Below, in pieces: positions 17,641 through 24,550 of a stretch of 32,000 nucleotides of DNA. The position numbers and the translations under genes are program-made. A model generated the notes under the pieces. The model ran no database searches and was not told the origin of the DNA. It worked only from the letters and a program-made list of their open reading frames with translations. The stretch is from the NCBI GenBank assembly GCA_964577555.1, contig CAZNZM010000003.1:35837-67836 (forward strand). The letters are read 5' to 3'. The stretch's first letter is position 1, and every line of letters starts with the position of its first letter. The DNA comes from an uncultured archaeon (lineage in GTDB: Archaea > Iainarchaeota > Iainarchaeia > Iainarchaeales > Iainarchaeaceae).

Positions 17641-17834
17641 TTTTAAACCAGATTAAATTGTGCAATTCACCTATTTATTGTTTTGTATTTTGTTGGCTAT
17701 GCGGATTAGATTGTTTGGTTTATTGGCTTTTTTTTAGTATTGTAAATTATTGTAAAACATGGTTTTTATTTTAAAATCAATGTCTATTTTTTTTATGCAG
17801 AACATTTATTAATGAAAGAGAATTTTATTTTATT

Positions 17835-18665
17835 ATGCGCTGGTTTTTTTTGTGGTTGTTTTCGGTTTTATTTTTTTTGGAGTGTGTTTCTGCTCTCATG
17901 ATAGATACTCCTTCTTCCGTGCCTGAAAATGTTTCTTTTGGTTTTAAGGTTGTGCTTGATTCTACTGAAAAATGGACTAAGACAACTATTAAGGTTGACG
18001 AGCAAAATCTTTTGGATGTGTATTCTAATGGAACCGTGGTTCCTGATCCTCAAAATGGGCAATTTGCTTCAAGGGCTTTTGTTATTGATACTGATCCGAG
18101 TTCAACTGCCGGGCTTTTGTTGTTTGTATCTTATTTGGGTTTTTCTAAGGGAAAGCATGTTGTTTCGGCTTCTTCTGAAAGCGGTTTTGATTCAAAAGAA
18201 ATAGTGAGTTTTGTGCCTATTGATGAAGGTTATAAGGAGAGTGTGGAAGGAACTATTTCAGAGTTGGATAATAAGGTTTCGGAACAGGTTGAGCGGTTGG
18301 ATGATTTGGAAGAGAAATTGGGCGGTATTCAAAAAAGTTTGAATCAGACCGGGCAAAAGGTTGAAAGTTTGAATGACAAGGTGGAAAATAATATTGAAAA
18401 TAGGGTTGGCAATCTTGAAGGAAAAGTGGATTCGTTGAATGCCAAGCCGGTTGTTTCAAATTCTGTTTCTGGTTTGATAAATCTGGTTGATTCTCTTTTT
18501 GTTCCTCTTGGCATTGTGGCTTTGATAATAATTTTGGCTGGTCTTATAATGCTTTTCAAGAGCAGGTTTGGCGGGGATGGAAGTTCGGTTTATTATAAAG
18601 ATGAATTCGGTTTGCCTGCTTCAAAGAAGCATGAGGAAATGGCTTCTGATTTGACTGAAAAGTGA
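17835..18665 (+). CDS. Type I membrane/surface protein with a coiled-coil stalk
   Basis: Signal peptide MRWFFLWLFSVLFFLECVSA and a probably beta-rich ectodomain. Heptad-like region ELDNKVSEQVERLDDLEEKLGGIQKSLNQTGQKVESLNDKVENNIENRVGNLEGKVDSLNAK. C-terminal TM segment LFVPLGIVALIIILAGLIMLF. Confidence 0.6.
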   Translation: MRWFFLWLFSVLFFLECVSALMIDTPSSVPENVSFGFKVVLDSTEKWTKTTIKVDEQNLLDVYSNGTVVPDPQNGQFASRAFVIDTDPSSTAGLLLFVSYLGFSKGKHVVSASSESGFDSKEIVSFVPIDEGYKESVEGTISELDNKVSEQVERLDDLEEKLGGIQKSLNQTGQKVESLNDKVENNIENRVGNLEGKVDSLNAKPVVSNSVSGLINLVDSLFVPLGIVALIIILAGLIMLFKSRFGGDGSSVYYKDEFGLPASKKHEEMASDLTEK

Positions 18666-18795
18666 ATGGTTTGTTTTTGCAAAGTAATGTTTTTTTTTCA
18701 TGCCTAGCCATTTTTTTCTGTTTTTTTATAGAGTGTTTTTTTTAGAATTTTTTTTGAGTAGTTTTTTTCAAGTTTGTTTTTTTTTAATTATTTTT
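18666..18795 (+). repeat. G/T-rich intergenic array D (CCTAGCC core at 18703-18709)
   Basis: Fills the gap between convergent genes. TGCCTAGCCATTTTTTT resembles TGCTAGCCATTTTTTT at 10831. Confidence 0.6.
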
Positions 18796-20505
18796 TTATT
18801 TTTGTGTTTTTTTCTTAAGAGCGGCTTTTACAAAGCCTAAGTATATTGGGTTGGGTTTTAATGGTCTGGAAGTGAATTCTGCATGGTATTGTGTACCAAC
18901 ATAGAATGGGTGTTCTGGGAGTTCAAGTATTTGCATTATTTTTTTTTGTGGAGCCATTCCTGAAAAAACCAAGCCGTGTTTTTCCAAAATGTCAATAAAT
19001 TTTGTATTTACGTTGAATCTGTGCCTGAATCTTTCCCTTACTATTTCTTTTTTTCCATAAAGTTCGTATGCCAGAGTTCCATTTTTTATTTTGACATCAA
19101 AGCCGCCTAATCTGAGTGTTCCGCCTAAGCCTTCTATTTCTTCCTGTTCTGGCAAAATGCATATTACGTTGTTTTCGGGGTCTTTTTTGACTTCTTCGGT
19201 TATAGCATTTTTTATTCCGCATACGTTTCTTGCGAATTCTATTACTGCCATTTGGAATCCATAGCATATGCCTAAAAATGGTATTTTGTTTTCTCTTAGG
19301 TGTTTTGCAATCATTATTTTTCCTTCAACACCGCGTGTTCCAAAGCCTCCGGGGATGATTACTCCATCTACTCCTTTTAATTCTTCTTCCACTTTTGTTT
19401 TTCCTCTTTCTATTGCCGTTGTTTCAATCCATTTTATGTTGATTTTGGTTTTTAATTGCACTCCGCAGTGTTCCAATGCTTTGGTGATGCTTATATAAGT
19501 GTCGCTTGTGCCTGTATATTTTCCTGCAATGCCTATGGTTATTTCCTTGTCTGGTTTTAAAGTGTTTTTTTTCGTCCATTCTTTTAGGGATTTGCTTCCA
19601 TTAACTTTGAATTTTGTCTCAAGTTTTAGTACTTTCAAAATTGCTTCATCTATTCCTTGTTCCCTGTAAAATAGTGGCAATTCGTATATGTTGCCTACAT
19701 CGTATGTGTTGAATACTCTTTCTATGGGAACGTTTGCATTCATTGATATTTTTTCTTTTACATTTTCTGTTATTCGTTTTTCGCTTCTGCATACTATTAT
19801 ATCTGGTTGTAATCCGAGGCTCATTAATTGTCTTAGCCCTAATTGAGCTGCTTTGCTTTTGAATTCTCCAAGATGGTGTGGTTCAAGTATGTATGTTATG
19901 TTTACTAAGCATGCGTTTTCTTTGCCTTCTTCGTAAATAAGTTCTCTTACGCTTTCCATTGCAAAAAGGTTTTCGTAGTCTCCTACTGTTCCGCCTATTT
20001 CTACTAAAACTATGTCTGCTTTTGTTTTTATTGCCAGGTTTCTTAGCACAAGTTTTGTTTCTCCGGTAACGTGAGGTATGTATTGGACGTCTCTTCCGTG
20101 GTATTCGCCTTTTCTTTCTTTGTCAATTATTCTTTTGTAAATTTGTCCGTGTGTTGTAAAATTGTCTTTTGAAAGGTTTTGGTCCAAGAATCTTTCGTAA
20201 CTTCCTAAGTCCATGTCTGTTTCTGTGCCGTCGTCAAGGACAAAAACTTCGCCATGTCTGTATGGGCTTAATGTTCCTGAGTCTATGTTAAGATAAGCTT
20301 CGATTTTCAATGGTGATACTTTAAGTCCTCTGTCTTGAAGTGCTTTTCCGAGTGCTGAAGAAAAAATTCCTTTTCCAATTCCACTTATTACTGAGCCAGT
20401 GATTATGACATATTTTGTTTTGCCTTTTACATAACCTTCGGGCATTGAAGAATAATTTTCTTCGCTTGATTTATCTGCTATTTTTCCAAGAAAATTTTCA
20501 TCCAT
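18796..20505 (-). CDS. pyrG: CTP synthase
   Basis: 569 aa. N-terminal synthase domain (YVIITGSVISGIGKG) and C-terminal glutamine amidotransferase domain (GICYGFQ, HRHR). It has a ~30-aa N-terminal extension, so the start is uncertain. Confidence 0.95.
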   Translation of the reverse strand: MDENFLGKIADKSSEENYSSMPEGYVKGKTKYVIITGSVISGIGKGIFSSALGKALQDRGLKVSPLKIEAYLNIDSGTLSPYRHGEVFVLDDGTETDMDLGSYERFLDQNLSKDNFTTHGQIYKRIIDKERKGEYHGRDVQYIPHVTGETKLVLRNLAIKTKADIVLVEIGGTVGDYENLFAMESVRELIYEEGKENACLVNITYILEPHHLGEFKSKAAQLGLRQLMSLGLQPDIIVCRSEKRITENVKEKISMNANVPIERVFNTYDVGNIYELPLFYREQGIDEAILKVLKLETKFKVNGSKSLKEWTKKNTLKPDKEITIGIAGKYTGTSDTYISITKALEHCGVQLKTKINIKWIETTAIERGKTKVEEELKGVDGVIIPGGFGTRGVEGKIMIAKHLRENKIPFLGICYGFQMAVIEFARNVCGIKNAITEEVKKDPENNVICILPEQEEIEGLGGTLRLGGFDVKIKNGTLAYELYGKKEIVRERFRHRFNVNTKFIDILEKHGLVFSGMAPQKKIMQILELPEHPFYVGTQYHAEFTSRPLKPNPIYLGFVKAALKKKTQK

Positions 20506-20663
20506 TAGAGCCCCCCAACAAATTTCAAAAAAACAGACTAATGTAATGTTGATTGGGGTATATAATGATATTTGTCACAATTTGTTATTGGATTGCAAGT
20601 CGTTGGTGTAAATAGAAATATTTTTTTTGACAATTGTCTTTGTTTTGCTTTTCTTTAAAAACT

Positions 20664-20678
20664 CTTATTAAAATATTA
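20664..20678 (+). promoter_or_regulatory. Candidate TATA box for tRNA-Pro
   Basis: CTTATTAAAATATTA is centred about 26 nt upstream of the tRNA 5' end at 20697. Confidence 0.35.
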
Positions 20679-20696
20679 CAAGAAAATATGTGTGAG

Positions 20697-20806
20697 GGGG
20701 CTGTAGTCTAGCCTGGTTAGGATTCAGCGTTCGGGTGGCGCTTAAAGTAATTTGTTTGTTTTGCCAGAATTACGCTGCGGCGAGAGTTCAAATCTCTCCA
20801 GCCCCA
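20697..20806 (+). tRNA. tRNA-Pro (anticodon CGG) with a 36-nt intron at the canonical 37/38 position (20736-20771)
   Basis: Hand-folded. Acceptor GGGGCTG/CAGCCCC with A73. D stem GTCT/GGAT. Anticodon stem CAGCG (20725-29) / CGCTG (20773-77). Loop TT-CGG-G[intron]A. T arm GAGAG-TTCAAAT-CTCTC. No encoded CCA. An intron helix GGC/GCC and 3-nt bulges at both junctions give a relaxed BHB. Confidence 0.85.
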
Positions 20807-20835
20807 TTTGTTTTTTTTGGTTGCCCAAAAGTGCT

Positions 20836-20928
20836 TTAATCGCACTTGTGGGCTTCTTCTTCGTCAGCAAAATTGCTGGATTTTTGGAATACTTCGTGGC
20901 ATTCCTTGCAATATTTGAATTCTATCAT
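20836..20928 (-). CDS. Candidate 30-aa zinc-finger-like small protein
   Basis: Below the ORF-track size cutoff. SD GAGGTGA (20941-20935) lies 6 nt upstream of ATG 20928. Translation MIEFKYCKECHEVFQKSSNFADEEEAHKCD has CxxC plus HxC. Confidence 0.35.
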   Translation of the reverse strand: MIEFKYCKECHEVFQKSSNFADEEEAHKCD

Positions 20929-21030
20929 TTTATTTCACCTCTTTTATTTTTGAAACCACTTTTGTGGGAGAATACGAATTTTTGTTTTTACTTTTTTTCT
21001 TTTTCTCAATGGAATAATATGCAATTAGTT

Positions 21031-21040
21031 ATTTATAAAT
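21031..21040 (+). promoter_or_regulatory. Candidate TATA box for the CPBP protease gene (leaderless or short-leader transcript)
   Basis: ATTTATAAAT is centred about 26 nt upstream of ATG 21062. There is no SD before that ATG. Confidence 0.35.
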
Positions 21041-21061
21041 CTATTCTTTTAAGTATAAATC

Positions 21062-21640
21062 ATGGTTATTGAAGATAATCCTTATGTCACTGTTTTTTTT
21101 TGTTCATTTCTTTTGATTTTTATTGAAGTTGTTTTATATTCTTTGAAACTCAAAAAATTGTTTTATAAATTCATTAATCAAAATGTTTCGGCTATGTTTT
21201 TTAATTGGCATTTTCCTTCTGATAAGCCTTTCAGTCTTTTTGTAATTCCGTTGTTAGTGATTTTGGTGTTTAACTTTTTTTTGGTTAAAAACCAGTATTT
21301 GGTTGAAACTTCCGTTGCAGTATTTGCAATTGCCGTAAAAGTTTTGGTTGAAGAAATTGTTTTCAGGGGCTTTGTTTTCGGCGCTTTATTAAAATTTTTT
21401 AATGTAAGTGAAAATATTGTTTCCATTAAATTAATATTGCCTGTTTTTCTTCAGGCTATTTTTTTTGTTTTAATGCATTTTGGGACAATAAATTTTTTTG
21501 GTGTTTTTTTGAGCGGTTTGGTTTTTGGAATTGTTTTTTTCTTTTCTGGAAAAAATATCTTGCCGTCAGCTATGTTGCATTTGGCGTTGAATTTGTCAAT
21601 ATTCATGGCTGGCTTGACAGAAAATTTGTTAGGAATGTAA
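21062..21640 (+). CDS. CPBP-family intramembrane glutamic endopeptidase (CAAX protease / Abi family)
   Basis: All three family motifs are present in a polytopic protein: EEIVFRG (EExxxR), FVLMH (FxxxH) and HLALN (HxxxN). Confidence 0.8.
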   Translation: MVIEDNPYVTVFFCSFLLIFIEVVLYSLKLKKLFYKFINQNVSAMFFNWHFPSDKPFSLFVIPLLVILVFNFFLVKNQYLVETSVAVFAIAVKVLVEEIVFRGFVFGALLKFFNVSENIVSIKLILPVFLQAIFFVLMHFGTINFFGVFLSGLVFGIVFFFSGKNILPSAMLHLALNLSIFMAGLTENLLGM

Positions 21641-21807
21641 TATTATTATCTGAAAAAATGCCGCATTGGCAAGTTTTTTTTATTTTTGTTGTTTTTGCAT
21701 AATATTAAATATCTTCCATAGCATATCTAATTTGCCGGTAAAGGCTTATTTGAATTATTGCCTGCCAATTTTTTTGGCGAAATTAAGGGCGGTTGGAGGG
21801 GTAAGAT

Positions 21808-21927
21808 ATGGTGGCAAAAAAGTCAAGTAAATCGCAAAAGAAAGTTGCAAGTGAAGATTCTTGCGGCTGTGGTTGCGGGGAAAGTTCTCATAAAGAGTCT
21901 TCGGATAAAGGTTGTGGCTGTTGTTGA
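21808..21927 (+). CDS. Candidate 39-aa cysteine-rich peptide (metallothionein-like)
   Basis: Below the ORF-track size cutoff. SD GGAGGGG (21795-21801) lies 6 nt upstream of ATG 21808. Translation MVAKKSSKSQKKVASEDSCGCGCGESSHKESSDKGCGCC has 7 Cys. It forms a local GC-rich island in an AT-rich genome. Confidence 0.5.
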   Translation: MVAKKSSKSQKKVASEDSCGCGCGESSHKESSDKGCGCC

Positions 21928-21939
21928 AGGTGCTTTTTT

Positions 21940-22119
21940 ATGATGGGTTTGCACTCTTCGAAAATCAAAGCCAAGGCTTCAAACTATGCTGCTCCTGAAT
22001 TAAGATGCATGAATTGTGGCAGGATAATTGTGGAGCCCATGCCTGGGCTTTATGGCAGGAGATTCTGCAGCATGGATTGCAAAGATGAATATATGAGTAG
22101 TGGCCCAGCCCAGCCATGA
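21940..22119 (+). CDS. Candidate 59-aa TRASH/FCS-type zinc-ribbon protein
   Basis: GAAGGTG lies 7 nt upstream of ATG 21940, which is 12 nt after the stop of the previous ORF. Translation MMGLHSSKIKAKASNYAAPELRCMNCGRIIVEPMPGLYGRRFCSMDCKDEYMSSGPAQP has CxxC-x16-FCSxxCxxxY. A hairpin plus T9 follows. Confidence 0.6.
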   Translation: MMGLHSSKIKAKASNYAAPELRCMNCGRIIVEPMPGLYGRRFCSMDCKDEYMSSGPAQP

Positions 22120-22135
22120 ATTGGGCTTTTTTTTT
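22107..22135 (+). terminator. Hairpin plus T9 terminator after the TRASH-like ORF
   Basis: AGCCCA (22107-22112), 9-nt loop, TGGGCT (22122-22127), continuing into T9 (22127-22135). Confidence 0.5.
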
Positions 22136-22247
22136 ATTTTTTTCAAACATGTTTTTTTTGCGAGCCATTTTTTTTGTGATTTTTTTTGTCAAACTATTTT
22201 TATTTTTTTTGTTATTTGTTTTGGCTGGACATTTTTTTGTCATTTTT
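22120..22247 (+). repeat. G/T-rich intergenic array F (GCGAGCC at 22160-22166)
   Basis: T8-GCGAGCCA-T8-GTG, then TTTGTCAAAC, then GGCTGGACA-T7-GTCA. Same architecture and orientation as arrays A-E. Confidence 0.65.
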
Positions 22248-23462
22248 TTATCTGAATGTTGTGCAAATTTTGTTGAGTTCGTTTGCGAATGTTTCTATTT
22301 CTGATTTGGTGTTGTAAATGTAAAAACTTGCTCTTGCAAGCCCTTTTGGGTTAATGCTTCTAACTATTGGTTCTGCACAATGAAAGCCTGTTCTTATTGC
22401 AATATTTTTTGATTCGTCAAGAGCTACGCCTATATCTAATGTGTCGAGTCCTTCTATGTCAAACAATATTATGCCTGCTTGTTTTTCTGGGTTTTTTGGG
22501 CACTTGAATTTTATTCCTTCTATTTTTTCCATTTCGTTGAATGCTGTTTTGAGAAGTTCTTTTTCGTGGTCTTCAATGTTTTCAATGCCTACTTTTTTAA
22601 TGTATTTTATCGCTTCGCCAAGCCCGTATATTTCAGCTATTGGCATTGTTCCCGGTTCAAATTTTTCGGCATTATCGCTGAAAATTGTTTTTTCAAAAGA
22701 AACTGATTTTATGGCGCCGCCGCCGAACGTGGCTGGCGGTAATTGTTCAATTAGGTCTTTTTTCATGTAAAGGCATCCTATTCCGGTGGGGCCAAGCATT
22801 TTGTGCCCTGAAAATGCTGCAAAGTCGGCTCCGATTTTTTTTATGTCAATTTTTGTATGTGGTGTTGATTGGGCGGCGTCTAAAAGAAAGAGTGCTCCGT
22901 TTTCGTGGCTTAGTTTAGCCGCTTCTTTTACCGGGAAAATTGATCCTATTGTATTTGGTATGTGTGTCATCGCCACTATTTTTGTTTTTTTTGTTATTTT
23001 GGAATTCAAATCTTCAAGGTCAAGCGTAAAGTCGTTGTTTATTTTTATTATTTTGAGTTTTGCGCCTTGTCTTTCGCAAATTTTTTGCCAAGGTATTAAA
23101 TTGGCGTGATGTTCGGCAAATGTAATTGCTATTTCGTCTCCGCTTTTTATTTTTCCTGCTCTTTCAAGCGAAGTTGCAACTATGTTGATGCTGTCGGTAG
23201 TGTTTCTGGTGAATATTATTTCTCCGTCATTTGCGTTTATGAATTTTGCAGTTTCTTTTCTTATTGTGTCTACGTCTGTTGTTGCTTGTCTTGAGAGTCT
23301 ATGTGCGCCTCTTCCTAAATTGGCTCCTATTTCTGTGTAGTATTTGTTCATTGCTTCGATTACGCTTTTTGGTTTAAGTGTTGTAGCTGCGTTGTTTAAG
23401 TAAATCAGGTTTTTTTGTTTTTCAAGTATTGGGAAGTCTTCTCTAATTTTTTCTGGAAGCAT
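22248..23462 (-). CDS. sufS: Cysteine desulfurase (SufS/CsdA-like class V aminotransferase)
   Basis: 404 aa. PLP-lysine region FSGHKMLGPTGIG and active-site Cys region RTGFHCAEP. Confidence 0.9.
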   Translation of the reverse strand: MLPEKIREDFPILEKQKNLIYLNNAATTLKPKSVIEAMNKYYTEIGANLGRGAHRLSRQATTDVDTIRKETAKFINANDGEIIFTRNTTDSINIVATSLERAGKIKSGDEIAITFAEHHANLIPWQKICERQGAKLKIIKINNDFTLDLEDLNSKITKKTKIVAMTHIPNTIGSIFPVKEAAKLSHENGALFLLDAAQSTPHTKIDIKKIGADFAAFSGHKMLGPTGIGCLYMKKDLIEQLPPATFGGGAIKSVSFEKTIFSDNAEKFEPGTMPIAEIYGLGEAIKYIKKVGIENIEDHEKELLKTAFNEMEKIEGIKFKCPKNPEKQAGIILFDIEGLDTLDIGVALDESKNIAIRTGFHCAEPIVRSINPKGLARASFYIYNTKSEIETFANELNKICTTFR

Positions 23463-23529
23463 AATGATTGTATAGTGTTTGTTTGGTAAAATGCTTAATA
23501 ATTGTATGTTTTATCTTTTGTATGTTTGG

Positions 23530-24489
23530 TTAGTGGTTTGTTTTGGCTAGTTCTTCATCAATAATTTTGAAAAGTTCTTCTTTTGTTTTTGGCGAAACTA
23601 TTGCTTTGTCATTTATGTAAAAGGTTGGTGTTGCATAAATTCCTGCTTCTATTGATTCTTGTTTTTGTTTTTCCACGAAAGAATTGTATTTTTTTGATTC
23701 AAAGCATTGTCTGAAGGTGTTTTTTTCTATTCCTGCTTTTTCTGCGTAAACATAGTAATGCTCTTTTAATTGGGTTGTGTCTTGTAGGTTTGTGCAGCTT
23801 GCTTGGTTTTCGAACAAAAGTTTTTTCAGTTCCCAGAATTTTCCTTGTTCTCTTGCGCATTCTGCGGCAATTGCCGCGTCAAAGGAATATGGGTGGGTTG
23901 GTATTGGAAGGTATTTGAATGTAAAACTTATTTTGTCTTTGTATTTTTCCAGCATTTCTTCAACAATTGGTTCTGCGGCTTTTGTGTATGGGCATGTAAA
24001 GCATCCTACTTCAACTATTTTGATTTTTGCGTTTGGATTTCCTGTTGTTGGAAGTCCTTCGGTTTTCACTGGCTTTAGGTTTTCTGGGTTTTTGTTTTTT
24101 GGAAAAATCCAGTCAAGCCAGCCGTTGCTTATATAGCTTTCTGGGTTGAGGTAGCAAGCTTCTGGGGAATTTTGTCCGTTGCAGTTGCCGTATGCAATAA
24201 AATTGTATATTCCGTATGCGCTGTAAAAAAAACTTGCAATCATTATTATTGTTAGAATTAGTGAGATTGTTTCAAAATGTTTGTTTATGAATTTTCCTGC
24301 TGTTTTGTTGTATTTCATTGTTTTGATTGAAGCAATAGCTTTGAGTCTTTTGTCAAGCCCTGTATTGCATGGTCTTAACGTGATTTTTCTGAAGACACAG
24401 TCAAATGCTTCTTTTGCAAGTGGCTTGTGAGTTGCTGAGAAAATGCTTAATATGCTGAATACGACGAGTGCAATAATGCATACAACCAT
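23530..24489 (-). CDS. Membrane-anchored DsbA-family thiol:disulfide oxidoreductase
   Basis: Two N-terminal TM segments, then a thioredoxin-fold domain with CxxC (VGCFTCPY) and DsbA-like ATPTFYIN. Extra Cys pairs CVFRKITLRPC and CNGQNSPEAC. Confidence 0.75.
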   Translation of the reverse strand: MVVCIIALVVFSILSIFSATHKPLAKEAFDCVFRKITLRPCNTGLDKRLKAIASIKTMKYNKTAGKFINKHFETISLILTIIMIASFFYSAYGIYNFIAYGNCNGQNSPEACYLNPESYISNGWLDWIFPKNKNPENLKPVKTEGLPTTGNPNAKIKIVEVGCFTCPYTKAAEPIVEEMLEKYKDKISFTFKYLPIPTHPYSFDAAIAAECAREQGKFWELKKLLFENQASCTNLQDTTQLKEHYYVYAEKAGIEKNTFRQCFESKKYNSFVEKQKQESIEAGIYATPTFYINDKAIVSPKTKEELFKIIDEELAKTNH

Positions 24490-24550
24490 AAATCACATTA
24501 TCAATTAGCAAAAATTTATTATTTTGATTGTTTTTTTTTAGTTATTTTTT

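Noticed and set aside
20629-20638. Perfect 10-bp palindrome GACAATTGTC in the pyrG/tRNA divergent region
   Set aside because: Five-pair palindromes are expected roughly twenty times by chance in this window, so there is no supporting evidence.
20752-21072. 106-aa plus-strand ORF downstream of pyrG
   Set aside because: It starts inside the tRNA-Pro intron and 3' exon and runs through the intergenic region. It has a TTG start, no SD and no motifs.
21758-21943. 61-aa track ORF overlapping the Cys-rich peptide locus in another frame
   Set aside because: It has a TTG start without an SD and a W/R/K-rich odd composition. The alternative frame has a strong SD, an ATG, a coherent Cys-Gly pattern and tight coupling to the next SD-led ORF.
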